The notes under the pieces were generated by a model. It saw only the letters and a list, made by a program, of their open reading frames with translations, did no database searches and had not been told where the DNA came from. A stretch of DNA of 64,000 bases, taken from NCBI GenBank assembly GCA_900617105.1, contig UYFQ01000539.1:1-64000 (forward strand), given 5' to 3'. This DNA comes from Hydrurus foetidus (taxonomy: Eukaryota). Position numbers and translations under genes: made by a program. Shown piece by piece: positions 23,795 to 38,297 of the stretch (positions within the stretch are counted from its first letter, which is position 1; each line of letters begins with the position of its first letter).

Positions 23795-24622
23795 ATGACT
23801 GAAGAATTCCGACCGGTAAGAATGGCGGACGATGCGGAGAGTGGTGGCTTTGGTTGCAATATTCTGTGGAGCTAATGTTCATTTTATCAAATTGACTTAT
23901 TCATGCATGTGAAGGAGAACGAGGAAATGTCCACAAATGCAGAACAGATGGTTCGACTGAGTCATTGAATTGAATGGAGGTTAAACCTGTAACCATTTGT
24001 CCCCATGTTGAACTACATCAACTGAAAATGTTCACAACATTCCATCTCGATAGACTGAAACTGCTGAAGTTGAGAACGTACCAGCAGTAGCGATGTCAGA
24101 AAGCGAGACAGAACAGCTGATGGACGCCGTCCGTAAGCAAGTTGAATATTATTTCAGCAAGGAAAATTTACAGAGTGACGCCTACTTGACATCTCACATG
24201 GATGCAAACATGACCGTCGCTATTGCCACTGTGATGAAGGTAGATTTCGACATTGATGAAGCAGCAGCAGAGCAGCACAGTATCCCCTGTTATTGTGTAG
24301 GCGCTAATCTGTACACTGCCGAGATAAGTTCTATTTATCCTGAGAGTGGTATTAATCTCAACCTCATCACTTACACCCGCTTTCAGTTTGCGAAAATGAA
24401 GGCACTGACTCAAGACGAAGCATTGCTTCGCAAAGCATTAGAGAGATCTACAATTAACATTGTGGATGATCGCATTAAACCGAATATCAAAGCGGCTGGA
24501 AGGAGTACTATTATCCTAAGAGAAATCCCTTCCGACACGGCAGAATCAGAAGTCAGAGAAATATTCGCTTTTGAAGGCTGCAAGCAGATTTCGTCAATGC
24601 GAAGCGATATTGGTGACACTTG
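23795..24622 (+). CDS. La-motif/RRM RNA-binding protein (LARP4-like), 5' exons; 3' end not resolved
   Basis: Exons about 23795-23815, 23915-23950, 24054-24239 and 24387-24622 with GT-AG ends. La motif VRKQVEYYFSKENLQSDAYL; RRM start STIILREIP...DTW. Confidence 0.8.
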
Positions 24623-25277
24623 GTGCGTACTAAAATGGAGAATGTTCCCGTTAGGAACAAAATATGTATCACATTTCTGTTGGAACATTCGATGTTCTTG
24701 TTGAATCTTTCGAGGACTGGTGGACATTGGACATAAAAACGTTCATTCAATTTCGTACAACAACATCGAGGGAACATGACTGACACATACCAAAATGGTT
24801 GAACTGTAACTGACGGCATTTGATGTCGATATCTACTGGCCGCACCTTATTCAACAGTGAAATACAATACTATCGACACAGACTCAATGATTTCGTAAAC
24901 AGACTTTATGTTGTTTGTTTTGCTATTTGATTTTCGATCTGACGACGTTTATTTAATATTTTCGAATCTGACCAACTAAAATCACAGAAATAATTCCACA
25001 ATGTTTTCTTGGTGCATTGTTTTACGATTCTAATTTGTTTTCTATAACAGCTGTCTGGCATACTGAGTTTGTTCAGAAAGTGCAAAATTGTGTACAAATA
25101 TTATGATTTCCAAATGCTAACGGCAGTGTTAAAAATCATCATGACTCAATTCGTATGAACATTATTACAGAACTTTAAATTGTTATCTGTGATTTTAATC
25201 TTGCTGACAGCATCATTTACTAAATTTCTCACGACACTATCATCCACTACTTTCTTATTTTTGAAATTTGATTAGGT

Positions 25278-25856
25278 ATGGCAGCACCAACATCTTTTGT
25301 TAAGAACGGTCGTACTTACAGAAATTGTATTCCCCAAGGGGATGGATTCGAAACAATCTCCCAGGGGATAAAAATATTGCCACCAAGTAGTAAAAATAAA
25401 AACGAAGAATTGCTTGTTATAGAAGAACCTAAATTTGAAAAAGAAACTAGAGAAAATAGAGAAAATAAATCACAACGAAAAATGAACTCGGCAAAAAAAG
25501 TGAGAGAAATGCTCGAAAACAGACAATTAATAAAATTTTCAAACTCTCCAAAGGAACAAATTTCTCTTAACTATTTTGATGATGAAATTCTTCTGGACGA
25601 AATTACGGCCAAAAATAACGTAGACACGGCCGGTCCTGAAAATGAATTCCCCCCCGATAGGGTGGAGAATTGTTGCGTGTCACCGAGTCAATCACCCACA
25701 CCAGAAATCGAAATTAATGCCAGTGAAAAAACATCTAGAGTACGTGTAAGTACGGCTAGTGTATCATCTGTAGTGCGTACAAAAAGCACGAAAACGAAGA
25801 AAAGAAGTTTATCTTTTTATTCTATACGAGGAGTTTCTTTACAAACCGTACCATAA
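25278..25856 (+). CDS. Hypothetical protein or exon of unknown gene
   Basis: 192-aa hydrophilic ORF in AT-rich DNA; no motif recognised. Confidence 0.35.
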   Translation: MAAPTSFVKNGRTYRNCIPQGDGFETISQGIKILPPSSKNKNEELLVIEEPKFEKETRENRENKSQRKMNSAKKVREMLENRQLIKFSNSPKEQISLNYFDDEILLDEITAKNNVDTAGPENEFPPDRVENCCVSPSQSPTPEIEINASEKTSRVRVSTASVSSVVRTKSTKTKKRSLSFYSIRGVSLQTVP

Positions 25857-26447
25857 AATGAAGAGTTATCTAATTTTCTAGTTTACCATCAAATTAAATC
25901 ATCGAGAAGTTCAACTATTTCTGAATTGCTCCGACAAATTAGTAAGAAGGTGTGAATTTAAAAACGATTTATTGAAGTGTTAGATTCTTTATTTAATCAG
26001 AAGTTTAGATCTGTTAAAACTTTGTTCGTATATTTTCTTTTTCACGAATTTAATTTTTACAATTTACCGTATTGTGATCTACTCCTTCAACACCATTTGT
26101 AATCTCGATATGGCTTACTTACTTCCGACATTAACACTATATTACATCATCGATTTTCCTTTATTAAAGAAAACAATACATTCTATTTTCGTTTACCGTG
26201 GCTATCAGTTTACCTTTCAACCTATTTCAACTATTTCGCTTTAATTCTTATTAAGATCGAAAAATCAAGTGAACTGCTTTTATTTATGAATGAAAAAGGG
26301 AAAATGTGACTTCAAAATTACAATTATTGTGACACCACATTACATTACATATAACGACAGTTGTCGAATTAAATGAAATGTCAATGTACGAGAAGTAAAA
26401 GACTAAGAATCGGGAGAAATGAAGAAGAAAATCTTCGCCCATATTTG

Positions 26448-29400
26448 CTACCCGAAAAGCAACGAGTCATCATCGTCACTATCACTATTGACATCTGTGC
26501 CTAAAACCTCACCCTCATCATCTTGAAATTTCCTTTTTGTGTTTCTATCGTTTTTACCATTTTCCGTCGGATGTTTGTCGTCCACACTATCGTTATCGGA
26601 ACCTAGGCATAAAGAATCTTCTCCTGAAGAATGTTCAGCGACATAGACTTTTTCAGCGGATTTTTTTCCCGATTTTTTATTCTTTGACTTTTTGGGAATT
26701 TTTTCGATAGTGTTTTTTTCTGTTTTCTGTTCATTATCTTGATTGCTGTCTCTACTTTTTGAATTTTTATCATTACATACAATAGTAGGAGATGGTTTTG
26801 ATTTCATTTCTAACAGACTTTCTCCTTTTTTCAAGTTTTTCACAGTTTGACTATTTTTCATTTTGAAACTTTCTTCGTGTGTCAAATCCGTGTTTCGCTT
26901 TTTATTTTCAGTAATCACATTTGACGCATTTTTCGAAATTCTATTTGCGTTATTTTTACGCTGAATTTTGACATCTTTCACTCCAGTAGAATTGATCAAA
27001 TTAGCGCTATTTATGTTATTCTTTGCTGTATCCTCCACATTCTTTGTTGTATTGTTTACATTGCTGTGAAAATTATCTTCATCCAATATGTCACTATCTG
27101 AAGGCTTAGCCTTTCCTTTGTCTTCATTATTATCATTGCTTTTACTGTTTTTATTATCATCGACTACATTTAGATTATCTAATATATCATCACCATTAAT
27201 ATGGTTATCGTCATCTAATTTCTTCTTGCTTACAGCAGATTCATAACTATCATCGGCTGATTTCTTTTTGGCAATTTTTGTAATAGCAGCGGTCCCTTTT
27301 TTAATATTTTCCACCGATGAATTAGTAATTTTTTCATTTGAATTAGTAGCAATATCTTCAGCTTTTCTCTTCACATTTTTAATTTTGCAATTTTTTTTCT
27401 CTTGATTAATTGTTACACTGGCACTACTATTTTTATTTGTGTTTGTATTGATTTCAGATATCATTGCACTACTTCTAAAATCTCTCTTTTTTATCTTACT
27501 TTGCACAGTTTTATTTTTGTTGCTCACTTTCTCACCACTTACGATTTCTTTTGATTTCTCACCATTACTATCAATAATATCAACTGAATCATTACTCAAA
27601 TTCTTGCCTTTGCCAATGTCAGAAGTAAAATTCGACTTATTTGTAGTATTACTGATATTTGGAATCGAGAATTTTTTTGTGATTTTGGGGGTAATGAAAG
27701 ATTTCGCCGTAATACTGAATACAGGGGGTTTCGGTATATTTGATTTTCGGTTTACATTTGCAGCAATAGCATCATTTTTGTTGCTATCAATTATTTTGCT
27801 GATATTTGTGATATTATGAGGGTTACTCACTTTTTGTAAATGATTGACTTTCTTTTCTGCACCATTTTTATCAATATCATCTATCGAGTTATCATCGACA
27901 CTACATAGTGGATTTTCTTTTTTCTTCATTAGAGTTGACGCTGTTTGGAATCTAGAGGCCAAGTTCCCTGAAGTGATCTCTGAATTATTCATACAACTAG
28001 AAGTGTTCGTTATTTCTACCGATTTCACCGAATTTCCGTAGTTTGTGTGTAATCTGACGGGTGTAGACACGCTTTTGAAATACGACAATTCCCGTAATTG
28101 AGTTGCGAATGTTTCGGCAATGCTATGAGCAAGTCGCCTTGTCCTCGATGTTATTACGGAAATAGAGCTAAGACGGTGATATTATGAAAAAGATATAACA
28201 AGGTAAGAAACAGTAATTTGAGAAGACAAGTAAGTTAAGGAATAGTCCAATCTGACGCGATATTGAAGTGTTGAACAATTTCCCTCTTCTTGTACTGACT
28301 TTTCATTTTTTTCACTTGTTTATTTCACAGAGGTTAATCTTTTTTTTTCAATATTAGACTGACATTTTGTTATTACCATCTTCTCCTATACTACATACTT
28401 CTTTTTTCGTTCGTTCCGTCTCTTATCTGTCCTCAATAATTGCTTACCCTCCTTCCTCAATAACTTACATCCTAACCATCCTACCTAATTTCAATTTCGT
28501 CTCAACTTTTTGATTCATTCTAATCAATAAAATAGATTCTAAAAATATTTTTTTCACAATAAAAAATCAAGTGTCTCAACATATAAAACCAGGATAGGAG
28601 TTTACCTTGCCAAAAGTTGAGTTGGTACTATTCGCATATCACCAAGTTCTGTTGTAACAGCTATCAAATGATATCCAAAGTCTTCATCATTAATACCTAC
28701 GTTGTAAATTATTGTATTCAAGCGATGAGAAATTTTATTTTGAAAGTAAATATCTATTTACATTATTAATACAATTCTGTAGTAAGATTTAATTTCGGGA
28801 CTTATTCTTAATTTATTTTTGATGCTCTTCTTCTTTATATAATCGTCTTTACCATGTTGAAATATTTCAACTAGATCACATCCGATTATTCAAAATAAAG
28901 GAACAAATACAATTCTAAAATCTGCAATTTACCTGTGTGTTTTCTATCTTTGAAATGACTATTTTCGTCGCAATTAAAATCCCAATTTTTCTCGCTTTGT
29001 AAAATCGCTCCATAACCAATTTTCCAATATTCTTCAAATTTCATTTTATTGTCAGGAAGAAATAAACTGTATCCTCGTGCTCGGTTTTTGATATCAAAAT
29101 CCGTCAAAAGTATCGCTACGGTATCAGGAGAAATAATATTTGATGTTGAAACCATAGTATTAGATGCTATTACAGCTGGAATATTCATGCTCAATTCTTC
29201 ATTCAATTTTAACTTCCCTTTTTTTATAGTCGTGCTATTTTTTTTGCCGTTTTGTTTTGCAGGTTGTTTTGACGTGATCGGTTGACTGAGTATTTCAATT
29301 GGAATTTCTTCTCCACATTTTAACATCCCCTTGTAAGAGGTTCTAAAATCTGAAATTGTCACTTCTTCTCCTGTAGGTACTAATAAAAAAGTCGACTTCA

Positions 29401-30560
29401 TATTTTTCATTTCATTTGCTTTTATTTTCTCCAATTCTTCTGATTTGTTATTTTTATCATTATTACTGATGTTTCCCATCAAATCTTGAAAAGACGGCTT
29501 GATAACTCGATAAGTGGCAGTTTCAAATGTCATTAAAATGCTACCATCTAAATCGTCACAATATCGAAAACAAGTATGAGCTGAGTCTAGTATAATTGTG
29601 ATGTAAAGTAATTGGAAGTATATTGAACAAAGTCTCAAGGTGTGAGGGATATTTTTAATGATGAAAACTGTAATATGTCTATTTATGAATTTATGTATAT
29701 GATCAGATTGAAAATTAATAAAGTGGAAATAAGAATGAATAAAATGTGTTACGTACAACAAAGAAAAAAATATACACCATGTTGCGTCTGTTCACATATC
29801 ATATATCATGTTTTTCGTTTTACCATCTGCATTGATTGTGAACCCTTTTATAGCCACCACATCCATGAAAGAATTTCCTTCTGTGGATAATTTGCAGAAC
29901 ACTCCATTGATCTGACCGTCAATGCTGAATGCACTCCATTCCTTTTCATTCAGTATTGAGTGATAGACTGCACCAAGCAAACATTCTATAACAGAGTCAA
30001 ACTCAAAACTTGCTGGTGTTACTTCGCTATCCTTAGAATCCAAGCCGTCATCACTCGCATCTACTCTTGGACTGGATAGTCCGATGTCAAGTCCAAATAT
30101 GTCATGGAGAGATTCTATGGTGTCTTTCAGACAATTTGCGTAACTGCTGTCGCTGCTCTTTCCAGGAAGTCTGAAGATCAACACCTTATTTTGTCCGCAG
30201 ATAGGATTTGCGAGTATTCCCGGTATACTTCCCATAATGTGGCGACACGTCTGCAATCATAGTAGGGTGACATTGAATAAAAGACACTTCTTGCAGAACT
30301 GATGTGCATAATGTTGGAGTAACTGATATCACCATCATTGCCGAAATGGGTTCAAAATCGGACACAATCTGGAGCACGCTGAATCTTTCTGCGTAGCTAC
30401 AGCCATCTAGGCTGTCTTTCAGGTCGTCATTAATCTCAATTTTAACTACAAATTGGTATGTATCGCTAAAGTTTGATCCTGATCCATAATCGTGCAAGGG
30501 TACGTGGGCTCCAAACTCATCTGTTGGATCAGTAAATCCCCAATTAGATTCGTACGACAT
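26448..30560 (-). CDS. Multi-exon protein, C18orf63/DUF4708-like N-terminus plus long K/N/S-rich tail
   Basis: Exon ORFs 30186-30617, 29792-30256, 28886-29761 and 26448-28088. TCRHIMGSIPGILANP and FEEYWKIGYG resemble C18orf63 family motifs from memory. Confidence 0.5.
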
Positions 30561-31068
30561 AATGAATTTGAGGGTTCCAGTCCCTCGCCGAGCATGCAAT
30601 GATCTGAAATAATACAAAAGGTGATCGTGTCAACAGGCTTACAGCAGTCGTCTTATCAACTCTCTCGACTATTCTTCATTTCTCCAAAAGTGACATTATT
30701 TTCATGCCGTTTTTCATGCCAGAAAATCCTTCGACCGTTTCAGGTTTCAGGTCTTCGGGTCTTCTCACTTTTCGGTGAGTTCGAGATTTGAGACGACTTG
30801 AGAGTCTTTCAGTTCGCAGGCAAGTGTCGAGGCAAAAGTTGCTCGCTGTCGCAGCTAGCTCAATCCTGGGCTAATCTCTCACTACTCTCGACAATTTACC
30901 TGGCGTCATAAAGCAACATCCGCGGAAGAATCCAGAAGCGAACGTAATTGAAAAATCAACGAGATACTACAGGAAATTCTAGTTCAGCGTCCTCACAGTG
31001 CATGATTGCTGTCTTTGATCTCTGAGTGGAAGGTGAATCAGCATAGCACTTGGATTCTATTCGTCGTG

Positions 31069-31407
31069 ATGGCTGATACTGATGAACCACAAAGAGTAAA
31101 CAACAAGCCTAAAGGAAAGGCAGCTGAGAAGGTGCATCCTGCACAAATTTTTGCGGAGGACATGTCAGAAGAGTGGTCTAAGGATGCCATAAAAGCTGCG
31201 CGTGATGCGTTTGCATTGACAATAGCGTCAGGAGATGTGCATGCCACAATAGCAGATTTTATCAGGAAGAAGTTCGATAGGGATCATGAGCGAGGATGGA
31301 ACTGCATTGTTGGGCGATCATTTGGATGCTTCTGCACCCATGAAATCAAGACATATATGTACTTCACGGTGCAGCCTGGTACATATGTACTGCTATGGAG
31401 ATCATGA
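31069..31407 (+). CDS. Dynein light chain type 1 (LC8-family) protein, intronless
   Basis: DMSEE...IADFIRKKFDRDHERGWNCIVGRSFGCFCTHE is the LC8 family signature. Confidence 0.92.
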   Translation: MADTDEPQRVNNKPKGKAAEKVHPAQIFAEDMSEEWSKDAIKAARDAFALTIASGDVHATIADFIRKKFDRDHERGWNCIVGRSFGCFCTHEIKTYMYFTVQPGTYVLLWRS

Positions 31408-32336
31408 TGGGACTGTTAAGAATTAATCATCACATCTTTGCTAACAGAAGTGGTTGTCAGTTAGGGGGACAAGCAATCTGAGTAACAAAATTATCTAAAA
31501 TTATTACTTGAATGAATTCATTTATCCTGATCAGTGACACCTGCACTAATGGCCTCTTGTGTCGCTGTAGATGCATTCTTTGATGTCTTGTTGAGTAGCA
31601 CCTTCAATATTCATCAGTATTTTGTATTTTGTGTCCCATTAATAAATTTTACTTTTATGAATGCTATCGCAAGATTTGTCAGAGCAGTAAGATTGGACTT
31701 TCATGAGAGGGCGAGAGCGTTAACATGTGTGGAAAGTGTTGAAAGCTGTACCATGAAAAATAAATTTCGACTGATTTTGTTGGTTGTTGAGCACTGTTAA
31801 AATCAACATTCCATCTCGACCCTCAAATCGTATACAATCTTGGTCATTTTATTGTGTTTCAGTAATTCTTAATTTGCCTTGCAGGTATTGAGTGCGAGCT
31901 TTCTGCAAAAAGCAAGAATTAAAAAATCATGGAGACGAAACGACGTTGAAAGTATATTAATTTTTCATTTTGATCTTTTTCATAAAGAACTATTTAACTT
32001 TCCCGGAAAAAGTTGAGAAAAACTATGGCGGGAGAACGACTCAATCCGCTAAATTTGAGCTCTGATTCTTAATCTAGTGTATTGCAATGCCCAAAATTAC
32101 CCTACCCCACTGATGAAATGAGTCACGCCTTTGACTGTAAAATACACAATATGGAACTCTTGAGATCACTTAAGTATATCTGTATTGAATTGTTCTTCGT
32201 ACTTATGTTATGTACTTCTTATTTCATTTACTCCGCCTCCGTCTTCTTCTATTTCTTCCTGCTTTTGTTTTCTTTTCTATTCTCTTCACCTCATGATCTT
32301 TTCTTTTAAATTTTTTCAAAAAAGTATCCAACACTT

Positions 32337-35300
32337 TTATGTACACAAAGAAAGCAGATAAATTTCACACTCCTTTCTTCCCCATTTTTGAGCCAACAAT
32401 AATGGGGTATTTCCGTAACGGTCAAAAACACGGAAATCAGCGCCAGCCGTAATTAATTCTGTTAAGCAGGAAATGTGGCCGTATTTAGCCGCAAGATGTA
32501 AAGGTGTTGTACCGTCTGATAAATTCGTATTCAACGGAAATTTCAATCTCATTTCCGTTTTTTTCATTAGACTGTTTTCTGTATCGATTTTTTCAGTTGC
32601 AATGACATCATTGTCTATTATCACATTATTTTTTTTCAAGTTATTGTTGTTAGGTGGGTTTTTCAAATGATCCCTTTTTTCTAATTCACATTTCAAATCA
32701 TTTTGGTGAAGTACGTCATCTATTTTTGAATTAGTGGATTCTGGATCCAACAAATATCGCAAACATTTTATCGAGCCCCACTGACACACAATATGAAATG
32801 CTGATTTTAGTGTTACATTCACATTATTTTCTTTTAATTCATTCTCATTGTATTCTTCCATTCTATTATTTTCATTAGTTTCATTTTTTATTATTTGTTT
32901 CTCACCACTTATTGTTCCTCCTCCTTCTTCTACATTATATTGTTCAGGAATATCATCACTAAGATTCATTTCTTTACTCATTTTATCACCATCACTTGAT
33001 CCCGTAACCTCAATGTCGTTCTTAATATTTTGACCCTCCACTTTTGGTTTCTTTACTATCTGACTTACACAGCTATTTTCATTTTTCGAAATAAAATCTT
33101 CCCTAAAATTCTGCGGTACAGGATTTAAATTTTCCGGATAAAAAACTGAAATCGGTAGAATTTTAACTACAGAAATATGGTCGAATGCAAGTGCGTGTGC
33201 AGCTGCTGTTAGGAAGTCAGAATCTGTAAGAAAGAGGTCCACGTTCTTTTCTATCAAATATGAGACACACGCCGCTGTCCGAATAGTTTGAGAAAAAAAC
33301 GTGAAATCAGAATGTATGTGGAATCAGATTATTCGAATGTATGTAGTCAGATGAAGGGAGTAGTGTAATGCGATACTAAATAATTCTGAATAGCACGTGA
33401 GGTTACATTCACGTGACTTAGATTTACTTGAAAAAAAGTTGTGCGTGTGCGTATGTATGAACGTATCGTGTTTTTGTACGTAACTGAGCACTGTATTACC
33501 AGGACAGAATAGAATGTCCGGTAAATATGAACGAATCCGAGGTGGAAATGAAATGGTGATTTCAACAGCGCTCAAACCTGTTTTCATTCTTTGTTTTGAA
33601 CATTTTATTCTGTCCTGGTAATATGGTGTACTTCTTAAGAAAACAATAAGAACTGTGCACATGTTTAAATGCATCAAAATGTCCATAACTATCCGAACAC
33701 AGTGTCACACAAATACAGAATACAACTTACATGCATAAATATATAATTGTATGTAGGCGTACGTACATTTGATAGTGAGAAATTTTTAATGAATGCGTAC
33801 AGTACATACAGCAATTTTTTTCAATTTTAAAATTTTATGAATTTGCTGCTATGACTGACGCAATCATAATTATAATATTCGTAACTTTCATTTCTACATT
33901 TTTGATCATGATAACAATTTAGAATAAAATATGCAACATTATTTTACATCGAGTGAAATATAAGAAGATGGAGAAAAGATGAAATTCCGAACAATTAATT
34001 TGTGAAACAGAAATCACCTTTTTTGTCACAATAAAACATAATATCTTAACACAGTAACGTCATGATTGATTATTTCTCACCATGTCCAAATCTCGCCGCT
34101 CTGATAAGAGGTGTCCCGCTTTGTGTGTGGTGATTCAAATCGCAGCCCCTGAGGGCTAGCCAGTGAAGGACATTCTTATGGCCATATCCGGATGCAAGCC
34201 TGAAAAATTAAAATTGTGTTTTGCTATTTTTTAATTGGTTGTAATTGTTTATTGCGTAATGATAACTAATATATAAAAATAATGTGAAGATAATTTACAT
34301 ATTCAAACACTCAGCTCCAATTTAATGCAATAAAAATAGTATGAAATTGGCCTAATTTTGATATCAATTCTAGATGACTATTATGTGCACTAAATTTTGA
34401 TGTTATTTGGAAGATATGATAAATAAAGTTTCTCCGTCGAAGTTATAATTGTTTTCTTACATGAGAGCAGTGTTCCCTTGTTCATCTTTAGTATCCCAAA
34501 TACATTTATTTTTCAAAATAGAAGAGGAAGAAGAAATGGGAATGGGAATAGGAAGGGAAGAAGGAAGAGAGAGGGAAGAAGAAGGGGGCAAAGAGGAGGG
34601 CAATTGAAAAAGAGGAAGAGGAGAGGAAGGGAGAGAGGAGGAAAGCGTAGCATTAGTAGTAGAAGAAGGTTCAACAGGAAGATCCCCCACAGGATACGAT
34701 TTCTTTTCTAACATATCTTCTCGGCAATTATTACAAATAAATTCATGTCTGGAATCTGGATCCAGGGTCTGTGAAACTTTTTCTTCGAGTGCGTTTAGTG
34801 ATGATGTGTCTAATCACAGAAATAATAATAATAATAAGAATAAGAATAAGATTGTGACGATATTGAATAAATAATTGTAATTTTTTATAAGACAAAATAT
34901 GATAGAGTAAAGCTGAAGCGAGAATAATAATAATAATAATAAGGATGGTACGAAAGAATATGTTTTTCGATAAATGATAAAAATCTCCCTACTCAAATAC
35001 GTGCGACAAAATTTTGAAAATGTTTTCATTCCAGTGCATTTAATTATTCAAGAATAAATTGCATTTGATTTTTCAATAAACCAAGAAAATCCGGCAACAT
35101 ATAATGCAAAAAATCGATGAAGTATGACAGACACGAATTTTATGAAAAATCATAGTGAAAATTTTTGAAAAAATTTAGTGCGGTATTCACCTCCTCTCCA
35201 AGCAGCCTCGAAGAGCTTGGATCGAAATTCCGGAAACGGAAAATCGTTAAAATCGGACACCGGATGATTTGTATCATTACGAATAATTACGCTTTTGAAA

Positions 35301-38297
35301 ATATTAGGAAGAGGAAGAGGAAGAGGAAGAGGGTGAATTTTTGCTGCATTCTTTCTTAAATCACTTGTTGCATTACTTGTACGTGTTGCAAGTGCAGATT
35401 TGGCATCGCTACATCCTTCGATATCTGTATCCGAATAATGTGACGTTTCTGATTCATTGATATTTCTGTTTTTCATTTTAGAAATAGCGCTGTCTGTTTT
35501 TTCAATAACTATCAGACACCTTACCCAACTAGAAATCTCTTTTCCTTTTTTCTTTTCACCTGCATTATTGACTTCATTATTTTTCTCATTATTGTTTCTG
35601 TTGTCACAATGTTTATTTATATTCGTCTTCTTATTTTTTACATCCATGTTCTTGTTACTTTTATTTTCCTCCGCATCATTGCTTTTTATTTCCTTATTTG
35701 AATAACTGTCAGCTTTTACATTTACAATATCATTGTCGACATGATCATTAATCTTTTTATTATCCTTTCCTAAACTGTGATCATCTCGACAAATTGAAAT
35801 TAGTCGCAGATTCGAGGATCTAATTTTATCTGAACGAGCATCTAATAATCTTGTCATCAGCATCTCTGTGCTTTCATCTGAACTCTCAACTACAGCATTA
35901 AAAACGAAGCAAAACAGTAATAAGATAAAAAAGAATGGGCACTGAGACACGGAACAAGTACGATGAAAATGTCTAATTAGATTTTTGATAACACAGATGA
36001 TGGTCTCGAGCAAAACACAACAACACACAACGAATTTCATAACAAAAAATAATCTACACTTCTTACAATTCAAAACACCCTGATATACATTATTCAAGAA
36101 ATACTATCTATGTGGAAAAAGAGGCGTGCTACGGGGGAAATATCAAGGTAGTGTTTCGTCTATGAAGTCCTGTATAATTTAATTCAAATAGTGAAGAGGT
36201 TGGGTAAAAGTTATCTCACTAACTTTATTTACCCACATAAATATATTCTGTTGCCAACACACCATAGTATAAATACACTGCACTGCACTGCACACAAGAG
36301 GAATAATACCCGATAAAAAAATATGTACGTACACACGTACGTACCTTCTGGCCACCAAAATACTAATCTCCCTTGGCAAACTAAATGATCATCAGCAAAA
36401 GATATTAAATCTTCCAAAACACTACAATCTGGATAATCAGAAAGAGGTAGTGTCGACCCATCGCTATCAGCAATAGGAGAGGTAGTGTTCAAGGTAGAGA
36501 TCGAAGATATTCTATCCTCGATATTATTTTCATTTCCATTTTCAGCAAAATTTTCAGTATTACACATTTCGGAGGATTCTGGAATGTTGGATCCCGAATC
36601 CGATGAAAACGGGCCTTGGACTTTACCCCCATTTAGTAGAGCAGTACGCAAGCTGTAAGGAGGATCGGTAACGATAGCGTCGAATGTTCCTCGCCAAGGA
36701 ATGTTCTTTATGCTACTCACAACAGAACAACCATTTAAAACCTGTGTAAGAATGATATATCATTATAATGATTTCATTGAATTTCGTTGCAGGAATTTAG
36801 AATATTATTTATCGGATACGTTGCGAAATAAATGCAAACTGATGATATTAGCAATGACAGTAACAAAATCAATAAAAACACGATGTAAATTTTTAATTCA
36901 ATTTGATAGAATAAGAGTCTTGTTTCCCAGCACTAATTCTTCAGAATGTTCTTTACAACACACTCATCTCAATAGATAGTCGCAATTCGCAATTCATACA
37001 TACCGGATGCATGGCACTGTCTGTGCAACACAGAGGATCCCGGTCGGACCCGATAACTAGGGCCCCAAAGAGAGACCCCACTTTCAGTATCGCACCTGAC
37101 CCGGCAAACGGATCAATTATAACGTGACCCGGCCGTACATTGGCCGCAGTTACGGTAAGATAACACCTAGTGTAAGTTTGTTGCGTTTTTTAGTGAGGTT
37201 GTAATATTGTACTTTACACACATATAGCAAAATTCAAACAAACATGATCATTCGACACAGACTTTTGAAACATTGAAATAAGTAAAAATAAAATAAAATA
37301 AAATAAAATAAAAGAAGACAAAATAAAAAAGAAATAACGCTTTTGGGAAATTCTCGAATCTGGAAATGTCAAAAATTGCCAGTGGAAATCAGTACCTTTC
37401 AAAATCCATTACTGTGGTAGAATTCGAGTTTCTCGCTTCAGAATTGTCAGAACTCAAAGAATGTTCCCTGTTCTTTTTATTGTAAATTTTACTGAATTTC
37501 TGACAGGAATTATCGCCTCCTGTACAAAATAATGCACACGCGTAGTAGTTTGCTGTTTTTTCATCAATACTGCTGAGTCCTCTAAGATCTGCCAATAAAT
37601 GAAATTTATTGCTGTTCAAATCATTCAACTGCGCACTAACAAGAGGCACAATTAATTCGGGTTCTCTTCCATTTCCGTCATTCATTACTTCATCATACTT
37701 GTATTTTCTCTTTTTGGATTTACTTTGCATTCTTGAGAGAGCTTGGTCGATATATTTTTCAGCTTTTATCCTCCTTCCAACGAAGTTCACATCTGCAGGT
37801 TACAAAGTACAAAGAGATAATCTTGAATACAATCGATTAGAACACCTATGATTTTCAAGTGATGTTGTGCCAAGATGTAATGACTAATTGAGCATGGAAG
37901 TCGACATACTTTCGACCGAAGAAGCCATCCCCATTATGTTCAAATCCTCCCATAACTGATCAATTCCTAAAGCGCTGACCACTTCATCCTCATACGCGCT
38001 TCGAATCAGGATGCAGTTTGCAATTGCATCCTTCAAAAGGCCGATCTTCTTTAGTGGACAGTCGAAAGTTGCTCGGAATAGAACCTCATTAACCTTCCTT
38101 TTGCTTCCACCTTCATCAGTATCTTCTGCAATACCAGTTTGGTTGACAGCACCAAGAATGACAGCCCTCGTTAATCGGCAAAAGCTAGTCAGAGGAACAT
38201 CTGCCTGCGTGGCTTGATTTAGTACTTCCCAATGTACCAAATCCTCTCTACGACCGGTAGACAGCAGCACTAAACTCCGCACGTTGGACTCACTCAT
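32337..38297 (-). CDS. TRM11-like tRNA m2G methyltransferase with C-terminal ankyrin repeats (multi-exon)
   Basis: Methyltransferase motifs TTVMD, VRPGHVIIDPFAGSGAIL...GSD, FDAIVTDPPY, GRLVFWWP and WVRCLIVIEK. Then ankyrin motifs GNTALM, TPLIRAARFGH, GTTPLHLAAKYGH and GNTPLLLA. Confidence 0.8.
33496..33621. mobile_element. 126-bp MITE in an intron (copy 1)
   Basis: TIR TTACCAGGACAGAATARAATGT, flanked by TA; homologous copy at 51405. Confidence 0.75.
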
